This document shows positions 1 to 11,959 of a DNA stretch of 64,000 bases, in pieces. The notes below the pieces were generated by a model. It was not told where the DNA came from and made no database searches. It saw only the letters and a program-made list of their open reading frames with translations. Where the stretch lies: positions 37,758,001 to 37,822,000 of the forward strand of contig NC_043007.1 of assembly GCF_006345805.1 (NCBI RefSeq), given 5' to 3'. Position 1 is the first letter of the stretch; each line of letters starts with the position of its first letter. The stretch comes from Octopus sinensis (lineage: Eukaryota). The position numbers and the translations under genes were made by a program.

Positions 1-233
1 GTTTTTTTGTTGTTTGAAAAAAAAGTTCGTTTCTATGTTTTTGTTTCTCATTGTGTTCAACATTTTTTTGATGTCCTGTACCCATATATGCATGTATATA
101 TACATATATATGTAAGTATGTACATATATGTATGTATATATGTATATATTTATATATTATTTATATTATATAGATATATATATGTAAACAACAAACAGAT
201 GTATTAATTTAATGCTGAGGAAGAGAGAAAGTG

Positions 234-267
234 TTTTATGTTTCAAGCCTATGCTCTTCAACAGAAA
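234..267 (-). ncRNA. Mutated minimal hammerhead remnant
   Basis: Minus strand reads TTT-CTGTTGA-AGAGC(ATAG)GCTT-GAAAC-ATA-AAA. It differs from a minimal hammerhead by A6->T and two changes that look like CpG decay. Confidence 0.4.
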
Positions 268-560
268 GGAACACAGAAATAAACAGAGAAAGAGAATAAA
301 AAAAGGTTCAGTGGCTAGCAATCAATCATGGCGATACATATACAAGATAACTAGCTGAATACCTATCTGTTATGCTCTATATAAGGAAATACTTTCCTGT
401 CATCATGGTAATTGGATAGTGGTATATTGTAGTTTTACATTTTTTAAATATTTTAAGATTTTCTCAATCTCTGTATTATATTTCAAAGGCGTAGTTGTCT
501 AGCAAGTGACTTGATCAGAAGCTGTGTGTTGAAACTGAAGCAATTGCATCATAAAAAGGA

Positions 561-806
561 AGCAAACTAGTCATTTAATAAACACTCAAAAGCTATTAAA
601 TTCACTTTAAATTCCTTTCATGCACTGCAAAAATTTCCATTGCACATCTGTGACCTGGTCACTGAAACAGTTCCACTGCAAGGTGTTGTGCTGCTACTAT
701 GCTAGTGACCAGCTTGTAGTTGTGTGATGAAAATTTCAACAGTTCATGAAATAAATTTAAAGTGAATTTAATAGCTTTGTGTGTTTATTAAATGACTAGA
801 TTTGCT
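561..806. repeat. Long inverted repeat (about 53-bp arms, about 140-bp spacer), MITE-like
   Basis: 561-613 AGCAAACTAGTCATTTAATAAACACTCAAAAGCTATTAAATTCACTTTAAATT is nearly the reverse complement of 754-806. Confidence 0.75.
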
Positions 807-1060
807 ACATTTCATAATATAGTTGTATCATCAAATTATAATCTCCTGATATATGAGTTCACTTTAGTTTAATAAACTCCAACATACATGTAAAATATCA
901 TTGATGTTAGTTTCACTTAAACTTTTTAAAGTCAGTTTTTGTTTTTAACATGTTTATCACTCTGCTGTTCTAAATTTAATTTCGATACACCCATATACAT
1001 ATATTGCTCCAGCATGACCACAGCCTTATGGGCGGAATATGTAAAAGAACAAAGAATATA

Positions 1061-1945
1061 TATGAGTTTTGATCCATAAGTATCCGGACTGTTACCATAG
1101 AAATGAAGCTAAAGCACAGAGAGTGAAGCCACTTGGCACAGATTAACCTTCAGCACTGCTGTGCATGCACACAAAGTTTTAGCATTCTAGCTCATCTCCG
1201 CTGTTTACAGCAGTGCTTAGAAGGAAGGTGTGTAGCATGTGAGCGTCACACTGACCATGACGGAGAAAGTTGTCATGGCAATACCTACTCAGTGGCCTAT
1301 GCAAAGTTGCAGAAAGTGTATGGAGAGGAGTGTATGGGCTGCACATAAGTGTGCAAATGGTTCAGACATTTCCAAGATGGCTGTAAAAATGACAATATTG
1401 ACACACATTCTGGGAGACCAACCAGCAGAACTGAGAAAAACATCGCAGATGTGCATGCAGCTGTGAGTGGGAAATCGTTGAATCACCATCCATAAGTGAT
1501 CAGAGGATGTGCAGATTAGTTATGGTTCAGTTCAATTCATTATCACTGAAGATTTGGGTATGAGACATGTGTCCGCCAAGTTTGTGCCAAAACTGCTTTT
1601 GGCAGACACCAAAAGTAGACTTGGGTTTCACTTGTACAAGATCTTCTTGATGGTGTTGCGAATGATGAAAACTTTTTGTAGGCCTCTGAGCAGGTATTTC
1701 CAAGCTTTTGGGCAAAATTTGAATCAGATTCTCTGCTCAACTTTCTCTGTCATGTTCAATGCGATGATCACACACTACATACCTTCCTTCCAAGCATTGC
1801 TGTAAACAGCAGAAGTGAGCTAGAACATTAAAACTTAATGCACATGCACAACAAAGTTCAAGGTCAATCTGTGCCAAGCAGCTTCACTCTCCATGTTTTA
1901 GCTTTATTACTATAGCAACAGTCCGGATACTTATTGATCATGGTG
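1061..1945 (+). mobile_element. Internally deleted, decayed mariner transposon with about 80-bp TIRs
   Basis: GATCCATAAGTATCCGGACTGTT...GGCACAGATTAACCTT (about 1071-1150) is mirrored at about 1859-1940. Internal frames give KLQKVYGEECM and ITEDLGMRHVSAKFVPKLL, typical mariner transposase motifs. Confidence 0.85.
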
Positions 1946-2479
1946 TTGAATTATATACACAAATGTATGAAAATGAGGAGACGAAAGGAACAAATAGGGA
2001 AAGTGAAATGTCATGCTATACAAATGCCAGAACAAGCAAAAAACCTGACTAGAACAAGTGGAATACATCAAAATTCATCTACAAAGACTATAAGCATATG
2101 AACCCATGCGAGAATGTTACGTGAGTGTATGTGTGCAAGTGTGTATATTTATACATGCATATATATATATGTATGTGTGTGAATTGTATGGAGGAAGGTT
2201 CACTCAATATATGTGGACACAGCCATCACTGAATGATTTACATGAATGCTTTGAGATCATGAAGACCTGTGTTCAATTCTTCTGAGGAGCACTTGGGTAA
2301 ATGTGTTCTCCTATTACCCCAAGTTAACACAAGCCTTCTGAGTGAAATTTAATACATGGAATCTGTGTGTGCCAGCCTGTTGGCTGCAGAGTACCTGTAA
2401 TTCAAAGGGCCTGCCTCATCACATGAATTCTGCCTGAAGATTATATTCCAGGTACAAGTGTATATGGGATACATTTGCT

Positions 2480-2900
2480 TCTTATTTCTTCACTCCCTAC
2501 AAGGGACTAAACACAGAGGGGACAAACAAGGACAGACAAACGGATTAAGTCGATTATATCGACCCCAGTGTGTAACTGGTACTTATTCAATCGACCCCGA
2601 AAGGATGAAAGGCAAAGTCAACCTCAGCGGAATTTGAACTCAGAACGTAGCAGCAGACGAAATACCTATTTCTTTACTACCCACAAGGGGCTAAACACAG
2701 AGGGGACAAACAAGGACAGACAAAGGGATTAAGTCGAGTATATCGACCCCAGTGCATAACTGGTACTTATTCAATCGACCCCAAAAGGATGAAAGGCAAA
2801 GTCAACCTCGGCGGAATTTGAACTCAGAACGTAGCGGGAGACAAAATACCACTAAGCATTTCACCCGGCGTGCTAACGGTTCTGCCAGCTCGCTGCCTTT
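2480..2900 (-). mobile_element. tRNA-derived SINE (family A) head-to-tail dimer
   Basis: A full copy (GGCAGCGAGCTGGCAGAA... with B-box GAGTTCAAATTCC) is followed by a 5'-truncated copy. The 12-bp TSD GATACATTTGCT lies at 2468-2479 and 2901-2912. Confidence 0.85.
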
Positions 2901-3743
2901 GATACATTTGCTGCTGTCATTCAATGAGTAGATGATACAATTGATGAAACAACTGGAAAACACTGTTGAAACTAATGGCGGGTCAGTTTAATATATATAT
3001 ATGTGTGTGTGTATATAATGAAACACAAAAATATATATGGCAGACAAACACTTGAAAAGGATCAAGGCATCTTAAAAAAACCCTTCAAAATGCCATCTTG
3101 GAGTTACAGTCAACACACATACCTGACCCATGTTACATCACTCACCAATCTTTCAAAAGAATGATGGCTCTCTCTCTGTCCATTTATCTCCTTTTTTGTT
3201 TTTCATTATTCTTTCTCTCCAGTGATACCTGGTGAAGAAGTAAACTAATCATTGCCCCCAACCTTTTATAGTTTTGTAGCTCACCACAAAACCATTTTTT
3301 AAAAATATATATATGAGTGAAGCAGAAACAGAATTGTTGTCAAAAGGTTGGCAGTAAGAGGATAATCCCACATCGAATTTTGCCAATAGCCTTATCTATG
3401 CTAAACATGGTAGCATTTGTTTGACACAAATGGTTCATCAGTTCACTCTGTTATAAATAAATGCAAATGCTGATGGGAAAAAAAACTCTATGCAGTCACA
3501 AGATCTGCAAAAAGTAGCAGCTATGTCTCATTCAAATCACATAATTTTTGCAAAAAAAATCGTATTGGATAATGTATTCCTAGATACACTATGACTAAAA
3601 AAGAAAACAATGTTGGAAAATCTTCTGCTATATGTCAGCACAATCAAGAATAATTGTGGTTAAGCAATAACAACAAACAAATTCATGCAAAAGTTTAAAT
3701 TTGCATAACTGTCAAATCTACACTAACATGAACAAAGGCTTAA

Positions 3744-3812
<69 letters not shown>

Positions 3813-4423
3813 ATATATAAATATATATATATATACATATATACATAACAGTTAGTGTTATGCTAAAAGGGTTAAAAACAAAAACACACAAAAAGAAAGA
3901 AAACAAATGGATGCAGTGTAAGTTAAAAACAATAGCAAACGATGTGAAATAAAAAAAACAATAACAAACACAATACATAAAACAAGAAAGCAACTAACTG
4001 CATGGTTATGTGATGCATCAGCCACTACAGAAATAACAAGATCAACAGAACTTTTAAGAAGCAGTGGAAACCTACAAGGCTACAACACTGCACAACTCCT
4101 GCAATTTCCAACTATGAAAGAAAAGAAGTTTGCATCCTTCTTACTTCACTGGCATCAGGGTAACAGAAACAGAAAATAAGAATCTGATTTAATTTAGTAA
4201 AATTTATCTTCCCCAAAAAAATTTCATTGAAATTTTACTGGCATCAGTAAAAGAGAACTATAGTGATCCCATAGCTGTTGTGTGATTCACAACCAGGCCT
4301 TGCAATGTTGCTTATGCGCACCTTGACTGAACAACAAAAGGTTGCACTATTATTTTCCCTCATCTTGCATTCTCTCCTCTCTCTTCTGTCAACTGTGCAC
4401 TCTTCTAAATCATAATATCCTAT

Positions 4424-4653
4424 GCCTTTATTACCCACAAGGGGCTAAACACAGAGGGGACAAACAAGGACAGACAAACGGATTAAGTTGATTACATTGA
4501 CCCCAGTGCGTAATTGGTACTTATTTTAATCGACCCCGAAAGAATGAAAGGCAAAGTCGACCTCGGCGGAATTTGAACTCAGAACATAACGGCAGACGAA
4601 ATACGGCTACGCATTTTGCCCGGCGTGCTAACGTTTCTGCCAGCTCGCCGCCT
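4424..4653 (-). mobile_element. SINE family A, full length
   Basis: Same consensus, with TSD TAAATCATAA(T/C)ATCCTAT at 4406-4423 and 4654-4671. Confidence 0.85.
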
Positions 4654-6759
4654 TAAATCATAACATCCTATCATCTCCTCACCATCTCTGTTAACTGTAT
4701 CATTCTCATGACTCCTCAGCATCTTGATTCTTGCCCTTCATAGGTTTAAGAGATAGCATCAGACCACCTTCATTCTTCTGTCCAACACACAATAGTCTCA
4801 CCTTTCTGTTGTGCAGCCATCACTCTTTCCTCTCTAGGTCACCTCCATTGCTACCTAATACCTACTCATACCATTATCTGATCCTTTCTAGGCCACTCCT
4901 GTTGCCACCCATCACCTCTGTAAAGTGGTTGGCCATAGTAAGGGTATCCAACCACAGAAACCGAGTCAAATGACACATCTAAGGACGAATCTATGGAAGC
5001 AGTGGCTAGTAATCACAGGTGACTCAGACTAGGCGGGTCCTGCCAACTCATACAAGCATGAAAAGTGGACATAAAATGATAATGTCAATGCAGTAATGTG
5101 TCCTATTGCAAAAGCAACTGTTACAAAGAAATGAAATGTCAGCAGTTGCAAAAAAAAAAAAGCCATCGATGGGATGGTCTTTTGTAGATTTTGAAGAATT
5201 TTTTTTTATTACTATGTTTTTTTTTTACAGCTAAACACTTTTGTTACATACCATTAATCCATTAACTGTTATGTGCAAGGTGCAGATGGAAGCTATTGCC
5301 ATCCAGAGACATGCAGAGTTATGTCCCTTGCCTAAAGTTGCAGCAACTCTTAAATTTAATAGTCCAATACCAACTTTAAAATTCATTATGCATCAAATAT
5401 GTAATAATGAGTTGTTGGTAATCCATAGTTTCTAGCAGCACTATGTAATAGTTGCAACAATATAGTTGATGAGTTTATACATTTTATGGTGAAACAAGCC
5501 ACTGTGTAAAGACTACAATATATATACTCTTTACCAACAATATGTTCACCTACTACTTGATGATCTTCCAAATAAAAACTGGATGGATGGGTGGCTGGGT
5601 GGATGGGTGGGTAGATGGATGGATGGATGGTTGGTTGGTTGGTTGGTTGGTTAGGTAGGTAGGTCCCAGGACAGAGCGCTAGTCTGAACTTGTAATTTAT
5701 TCAGACTGAATTGTCCTGTACAAAGACACAATAAAATGCTAGAAGCTATGTAATATGTAAATGATATAATACGAACAAGTGATAGTCCAATACTTTATCC
5801 ACTGATGTATTCTACAATTAGTTCCACTCTTCTAAACAGAACACTTATGTATTTAGTCATGCACAGAAGAGAGAGATAAAGATCAAGAGATTTCATCATC
5901 TAAGTTATAGTGCAAATGGTGATCCTTTGTTATTTCATCATGCTGGCAAAACAGCTGTCAGCAATATTCTTAAAACTTGAATAAATAGCTTTAAACGTAT
6001 CTAGGTGTCTTTGATGAGTTGCTTTTAATAAAATTATAGTTTTTCATAAGGTTAACCTCATCATTAAAAATTTAAATATTTCTATTTGCATTTACACTAT
6101 TTTTTGATCAGTACACAGAGATGTCTGGTGGATAAGAACCTTATTAATCTTGATTTGGAAATAAAGGTTCTTAGTTCAAATGGTTGGTACTATGCATAAA
6201 CTCAAGAATAAGACCTTTGATGATAAATGAGAAGCAAACTAATTGAAACAGTATAGATTTGCATAAATTCTAGCTCAAACATACTGGTTCACGATGCTGG
6301 AGCTTATCTGGATTTCAGAAACTTTAGACAACTGGAAGTACAAGACCTCCCCTCTAACTGGGACGTCGATCCATCACAGGGTCAACCCACAGCTCAAGAC
6401 CACAAATTTGCTTGTCAGTTGCTTGATCATGGTTACTTGTGCATGTCCCTTAGAGGCTGATAATATGTGCATCTCTGATCATGAGTAGGAATGCTGGAGA
6501 AGCATCATAGCTATGTGTTGAGTGGGATTCTTTGGTGTTTGAACAAATGTAACAAAAGCAAGGTTTGAAGGAAATATTAGCCCCTTTTCATACCTTACTC
6601 AAAGAGCACATGATGCTGCTTAGTCCAAGACACAAATCCACAATGAGCCTAACATCCTAACTAGTAGACCACGGGTCTTCAAATGGATATACATAGCATA
6701 GATAATACTATCGTCAAACACAATAAACATTTGTTTACATGTACCAAATAATTTATAAT

Positions 6760-6798
6760 TTAAATTTCAGCATTTTTTTCAAAAGATGTTTCTGTTAC
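6760..6798 (-). CDS. Possible terminal exon segment (VTETSFEKNAEI*) after a 78-nt intron
   Basis: Very strong polypyrimidine tract plus CAG at 6801-6799, then an in-frame TAA ending at 6760. The site could instead be an AG|GT recursive site. Confidence 0.45.
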   Translation of the reverse strand, partial: VTETSFEKNAEI

Positions 6799-6876
6799 CT
6801 GAGGTGAGCAAAGAAAGATGGGGGGAAAAAAAAGTCACACAAGAACAAAGGAATTAATTTCTTACTACCATCTTAC

Positions 6877-6924
6877 CTCACACTCATCTTTAATCCATCC
6901 TTCATCAGTTTCAGAAGAATCGAC
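6877..6924 (-). CDS. LMO7: LMO7/LIMCH1-like 48-nt exon (VDSSETDEGWIKDECE)
   Basis: Acceptor GTTTTGTTTTTCCTAAAG and donor GAG|GTAAGA, phase 0 to 0. Confidence 0.72.
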
Positions 6925-7249
6925 CTTTAGGAAAAACAAAACTGACACAAATAAAACCCTTGCTGCATGTCACCAACATCCAGCTGCATTTTACTAATTA
7001 GGATTCCTGTGGGTTTTGTTGTTGTTTTTTATTACTTTTCCTAATGTGACTTAAATGTCGGTAGTCATGAAATCTTCACCTAGTTCTTTAACTTTATCCT
7101 TTCCTTTTAAGCTGTCTACCTCCCTTGTATTTATTAAGATTTTCTTTAAAATCAAATAGCTACATCTGTGTACATGTTTGTATGTATAAACATACATGCA
7201 AGTGTGTATCTATCTATCTATGTATGTTTATACATTCATATTCTTTTTT

Positions 7250-7630
7250 TTCTTTTATTTGTCTCAGTCATTTGACAGCAGCCAAGCTGGATCACAGCCT
7301 TTAGTCGAACAAATCAACCCCAGGACTTATTCATTGTAAGCCTAGTACTTATTCCATCGGTCTCTTTTGCCAAACTGTTAAGTTACAGGGACGTAAACAC
7401 ACCAACATTGGTTGTCAAGCGATGGGTGGGGGGACAAACACAGACACACACACTCGCATATATATATATACGACGGGCTTCCTTCAGTTTCTATCTACCA
7501 AATCCACTCACAAGGCTTTGGTTGGCCTGAGGCTATTGTAGAAGACACTTACCCAAGGTGCCATGCAGTGGGACTGAACCATGTGATTGGTAAGCAAGCG
7601 ACTTACCACACAGTCGCTCGTGCACCTTGA
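7250..7630 (-). mobile_element. tRNA-derived SINE family B (head followed by TTGGGCAAGTGTCTT)
   Basis: Diverged copy of the element at 10684-11086. Confidence 0.75.
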
Positions 7631-7983
7631 TATAAATAAACAGATACATTGTCCCTATTTACTATAGAGAGGCACTAATGTTAAATCATCCTGAAGACAA
7701 GACTAGAGTTCTAGAAATGTTACAGAAAGATTTAAGAAATTTATGGTTCTAAACACTGTTAGAGCACATATGAAATTCTTTCTAAGAAATTTGATGAAAA
7801 AAGTAAATAAAACCAGAACACTTGTATTTTCAATGCAGAATGTCTGGATGAGTCACAGACCCTGTCCCTAATTTCCACTAAGAAAGGAACAGCTTAAAAA
7901 TGGAAAAGTTAGTTTACTAAACTCCTCCAAATTCTTACCTATTTTCAAATTATTTCAAATGATCCATCCAGCCACACGCACAT

Positions 7984-8019
<36 letters not shown>

Positions 8020-8834
8020 GTATGCATACTTATTTATGAATATATCTTTCTATAAACACATGTGTGTATAACATAGACAGACACACACACCCAACATACA
8101 CAGATATGTATGTAGATTCATTCTTCATGAGTGGCCAAAACCTGGTATAGGCTGAAGAATGACAAGTGATGCAGAAAAAAAACCATACTTCCACAAAAGC
8201 GAAAAAGTTATTTATTTTACTAAACTCTTTCAAATTCTTGATTATTTTTCAAATTGTTTCATATCAAAAGCTAGATAGTGTATTTCCTTAGGAGTTTAAG
8301 CATCAGTATCAAAAACTACTACCACCAAGATTATTCTAATAACACTGTGCAACAGAATTTTTATATTTTTTTTTGTCTTTGATCAGTAAGTGTAATTTCG
8401 TATTTGCTTCTACCTAGAAATCAAAGAAAATGATTATCATTCCCTTTCAACTTTGCTTTTGTGACCTGGACATCAATGTTTAGAAACCGACCTATTTTCC
8501 ATAATATTTCAGACAAATTCAGTACTGAGTAGTGGCTGACAATATGTGCATCTCTGATCATGAGTATTGGGGAACATCATAGCCATGTGCTGAGAGGGAT
8601 TCTTTGGAGTTTGAATAAATGTAACAAAAGCAAAGTTTGAAGGAAATATTAGCCATTTTTCATACTTTCTATGGGGTAAGCAAATAGGAAATAATAGTTG
8701 CTATCCAAAGACAAAATTCCTGCTACACAGTGTAATTACTGTTTCCTCTTTTGACTTCACTTAACCTCCATTCCAGGTTTACATTTTCATACAGTCACAA
8801 TCAAGTTGACAAACAACAATTTTACTTAACCTAC

Positions 8835-9407
8835 CTTATCAGGTCTTGGAGAAGAAATCCTCTCCACTGGAGTAGATGAAACGGTGGGGCCGCTTTCAGA
8901 ATGCAGCTCATTGCTTTTGGATTGATGAGGCAGTTCGTTCTGCAATAGCTGTTGCTGCTGCTTTCCTCGGCTGTCTGGTGGTGATGATGGAGGTGGTGGC
9001 GCTAATGAAGGAGACTCCACTGAGGGCAGCGGTTGTTGCTTCTCCTCCAGTCTTGCAGTTTGTTCAATGTTTTTCAAGTTGTTTGCTTCAACATCATTCT
9101 TGGTCCTGGGGCTCCTTACACTCTCAACACTTTTCACCTCTGACAGTTTCAACACTGGTTCTTCTGTTGTGTTGGCTGCAAACACGTCATCTTCGAAATT
9201 ATCAGTGATGTTGTTGTTGTTCGTGTTGCTGGCGGCATTGTTGTTGTAGTTGCCACTGGTCCTGTTGCTTCTGTTGTTCTTGCTGTTGTCTTCGATGGCA
9301 TCACTTTTTTCATTCTTTATCACAGTGTTCTCACGTTTGGAGCTGATTGATGTTTCTGACACTGTTGTAGCATCACCTTTTCTCGAAACATTTTCATTTT
9401 GGAAACT
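8835..9407 (-). CDS. LMO7: LMO7/LIMCH1-like large low-complexity exon (N-rich, PPPP and QQQQ tracts)
   Basis: Acceptor TGTTGGTTTCATTTGACAG and donor AAG|GTAGGT, 573 nt = 191 codons, open throughout (contains track ORF 8826-9362). Confidence 0.85.
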
Positions 9408-9508
9408 CTGTCAAATGAAACCAACAAAACAGACAAGACATTTATTAGACAAAACAAATCAGAAAGGAAGATCATCATCATTTAATGTTCACACTGAACC
9501 AAATTCGA

Positions 9509-9950
9509 TGACTGGCACCCATGCCAGTGGAGTGCTAACAGCTCCATCCAAGCGGGATCACTGCCAGAGAGCTGACTGGCTTCCGTGCCGGTGGGCACGT
9601 AAAAAGCACCATTTGAGCGTGATCATTACCAGCGTCACCTTACTGGCACGTGAACAAAACATTCAAGCAAGGTCGTTGCCAGTGCCGCTGGACTGACTCC
9701 TGTGCAGGTGGCATGTAAAAAACACCATTTTCGAGCATGGCCGTTGCCAGTACCGCCCCTCATGCCAGTGGCATGTAAAAGCACCCACTACACTCTCGGA
9801 GTGGTTGGCATTAGGAAGGGCATCCAGCTGTAGAAATTCTGCCAGATCAGATTGGAGCCTGGCGCAGCCATCTGGTTCACCAGTCCTCAGTCAAATCGTC
9901 CAACCCATGCTAGCATGGAAAGTGGACATCAAACGATGATGATGATGATT
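9509..9950 (+). mobile_element. SINE-like element family C with (GAT)n tail
   Basis: Ends CATGGAAAGTGGACATCAAACGATGATGATG. Related copies lie at 15862-16170 (minus) and about 17250-17760 (plus, interrupted by a family A SINE). Confidence 0.7.
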
Positions 9951-10683
9951 TCATGATGACATGGGTTGGATGGTTTAACAGGATCCAATGGATCCAAAAA
10001 CTGCAGCATGCTCCAGTGTCTGCATTGGCCTGATACTTATGGTTAGATGCCTTTCCTAACACTAATCACTTTACAGCAAGAAGTGGATGTTTATTTTTTT
10101 ATAACACCACCAATATTGAGGTTGCCATGCAGCCAATAAAACTAAGATCCTTCCTCTTCTTGTAGCTACAGTAGAGAGAGAGCGCGACAGCTTTATGCCA
10201 GGGGACAAGGGGTCAAAGTGAGAGAAAAGGGTTCAAAACAAGTTTCTTGCTGTAAGGGAGCTAGACAGCTACTTACATTATAAAAAAGAGGATGGGAGTG
10301 ACCAGGTGGAACTGGAGGGAGATAAAAATAGGGGTGACGAGGTGTCAGGGAGGGCTCTCAAGTTATAAGGTGAATAGAATTTGCAAGAATGCAGGGGAAG
10401 GTGAAAGATAGAGTATGGATAAGAAGGTAAATACTACGATGAACAAGTGATAAGGGATGATATGTAAGGAGAGTAGGGAAGGGTAAGCAACAACTGTAGA
10501 AAATAGGTGGGGTTGAGGGTGATCAAAGAGATGAGTTAGGGGAGAAGAGATGACTGAAAATGCAGAAAAAGGAGGCAGGATGGTGAAGAGCAGCAGAATA
10601 ATAACAATAAAAATAATGTTACATCTTTTGATTAAATGTTTAAAGTGTTTAAGATGTAATGTAATTATCTTGATATACTCTCT

Positions 10684-11086
10684 TTTACTTGTTTCAGTCA
10701 TTTGACTGCGGCCATGCTGGAGCACCGCCTTCAGTCGAGCAAATCGACCCCGGGACTTATTCTTTGTAAGCCCAGTACTTATTCTATCGGTCTCTTTTGC
10801 CGAACTGCTAAGTGACGGGGACATAAACACATAAGCATCGGTTGTCAAGCAATGCTAGGGGGACAAACACAGACACACAAACATATACACACACACACTT
10901 ATATATATATATACATATATACGACAGGCTTCTTTCAGTTTCCGTCTACCAAATCCACTCACAAGGCATTGGTCGGCCCGGGGCTATAGCAGAAGACACT
11001 TGCCCAAGATGCCACGCAGTGGGACTGAACCCGGAACCATGTGGTTGGTTAGCAAGCTACTTACCACACAGCCACCCCTGTGCCTA
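10684..11086 (-). mobile_element. SINE family B, near full length
   Basis: Minus-strand head GGGTGGCTGTGTGGTAAGTAGCTTGC...CCGGGTTCAGTCCC carries A/B-box-like motifs and an internal CA/TA microsatellite. Near-identical copies lie at 41956-42370 (minus) and 58176-58560 (plus). Confidence 0.85.
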
Positions 11087-11959
11087 TATATAAAAAAAGT
11101 ATGTATTTTTTTTCTCTCAAAGTTATAGGCTGCAGTTTTGCAACTAGACAGCTGAAATTTTGCTTAGGAGTACATCTTTCCAATGAGAATTCCATAGACT
11201 CCTCTATGCTCTCAAAAGGATAAGGAATGAGAAAGTCATCCATATTTTGTATCAACTTAGAGAGGATGTATATATATCAGTTTTACAAAGCTAAATGGTG
11301 AGGACAAATTGGTTCCCTTCTCAGTTCATTTATTAGTTGTCCTTGAAGTGAGGGATAAATTGTGACGTTCCATAGTACCATGTATAATTGTGTGCACGAG
11401 AGAGAGGGGGAGGAGCTAAGGGAGAATGAGTGTAAGTATGTGTCTAGAGTACAGGTATTACCAAATAACTAAGAAGTTTAGTTTGCAATCATTGCTGGAT
11501 TTGATCCTATGGAGTGGCATCTTATACAAGTGTCTTGACCACCTGAGCATGGGAGTGAAATTTGATACACAAAAAAGTGTGCATAAACCGACAGGATGGA
11601 CCGTACATGAACAAAATCGATCCTTTGAATAACAAGTGCAGCTCAAGTGACAGATTTCCCACAGAGTTTCTACCAACATAATTTCATTCACAAGGCTGTT
11701 GTAGAAGATACTTTCTTGAGAGGCCATGCTGTGAATGTGAGTCTAAGACCCCATGATAGTGAAAAAAGTTTATTGCGTGTATGTTGTGAGTGTTGTATGT
11801 CTGTATGCTGCGTGGTGTGTGCCTGCATGATGTAGGGCATGTGCCTGTTATATTGCGTGCACATGTATGTGGTGTTGCATGCACCTGTACACTGCATTGC
11901 ATGCACTCGTATGTTGCATTACCTGTGCATTATGCTGCATTACATGTGTCTGTACATTG

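Noticed and set aside
3989-4125. Minus-strand acceptor followed by a hydrophobic reading frame
   Set aside because: There is no family similarity and no supporting donor, so it is not enough to call an exon.
8876-9696. Plus-strand ORFs overlapping the large exon
   Set aside because: These are antisense shadows of a low-complexity coding exon and adjacent SINE sequence.
10684-10740. SINE family B tail resembling a hammerhead (CTGAAGG...hairpins...GAAACAAGTA)
   Set aside because: A9 is missing, no stem I can form, and other copies read CTAAAGG.
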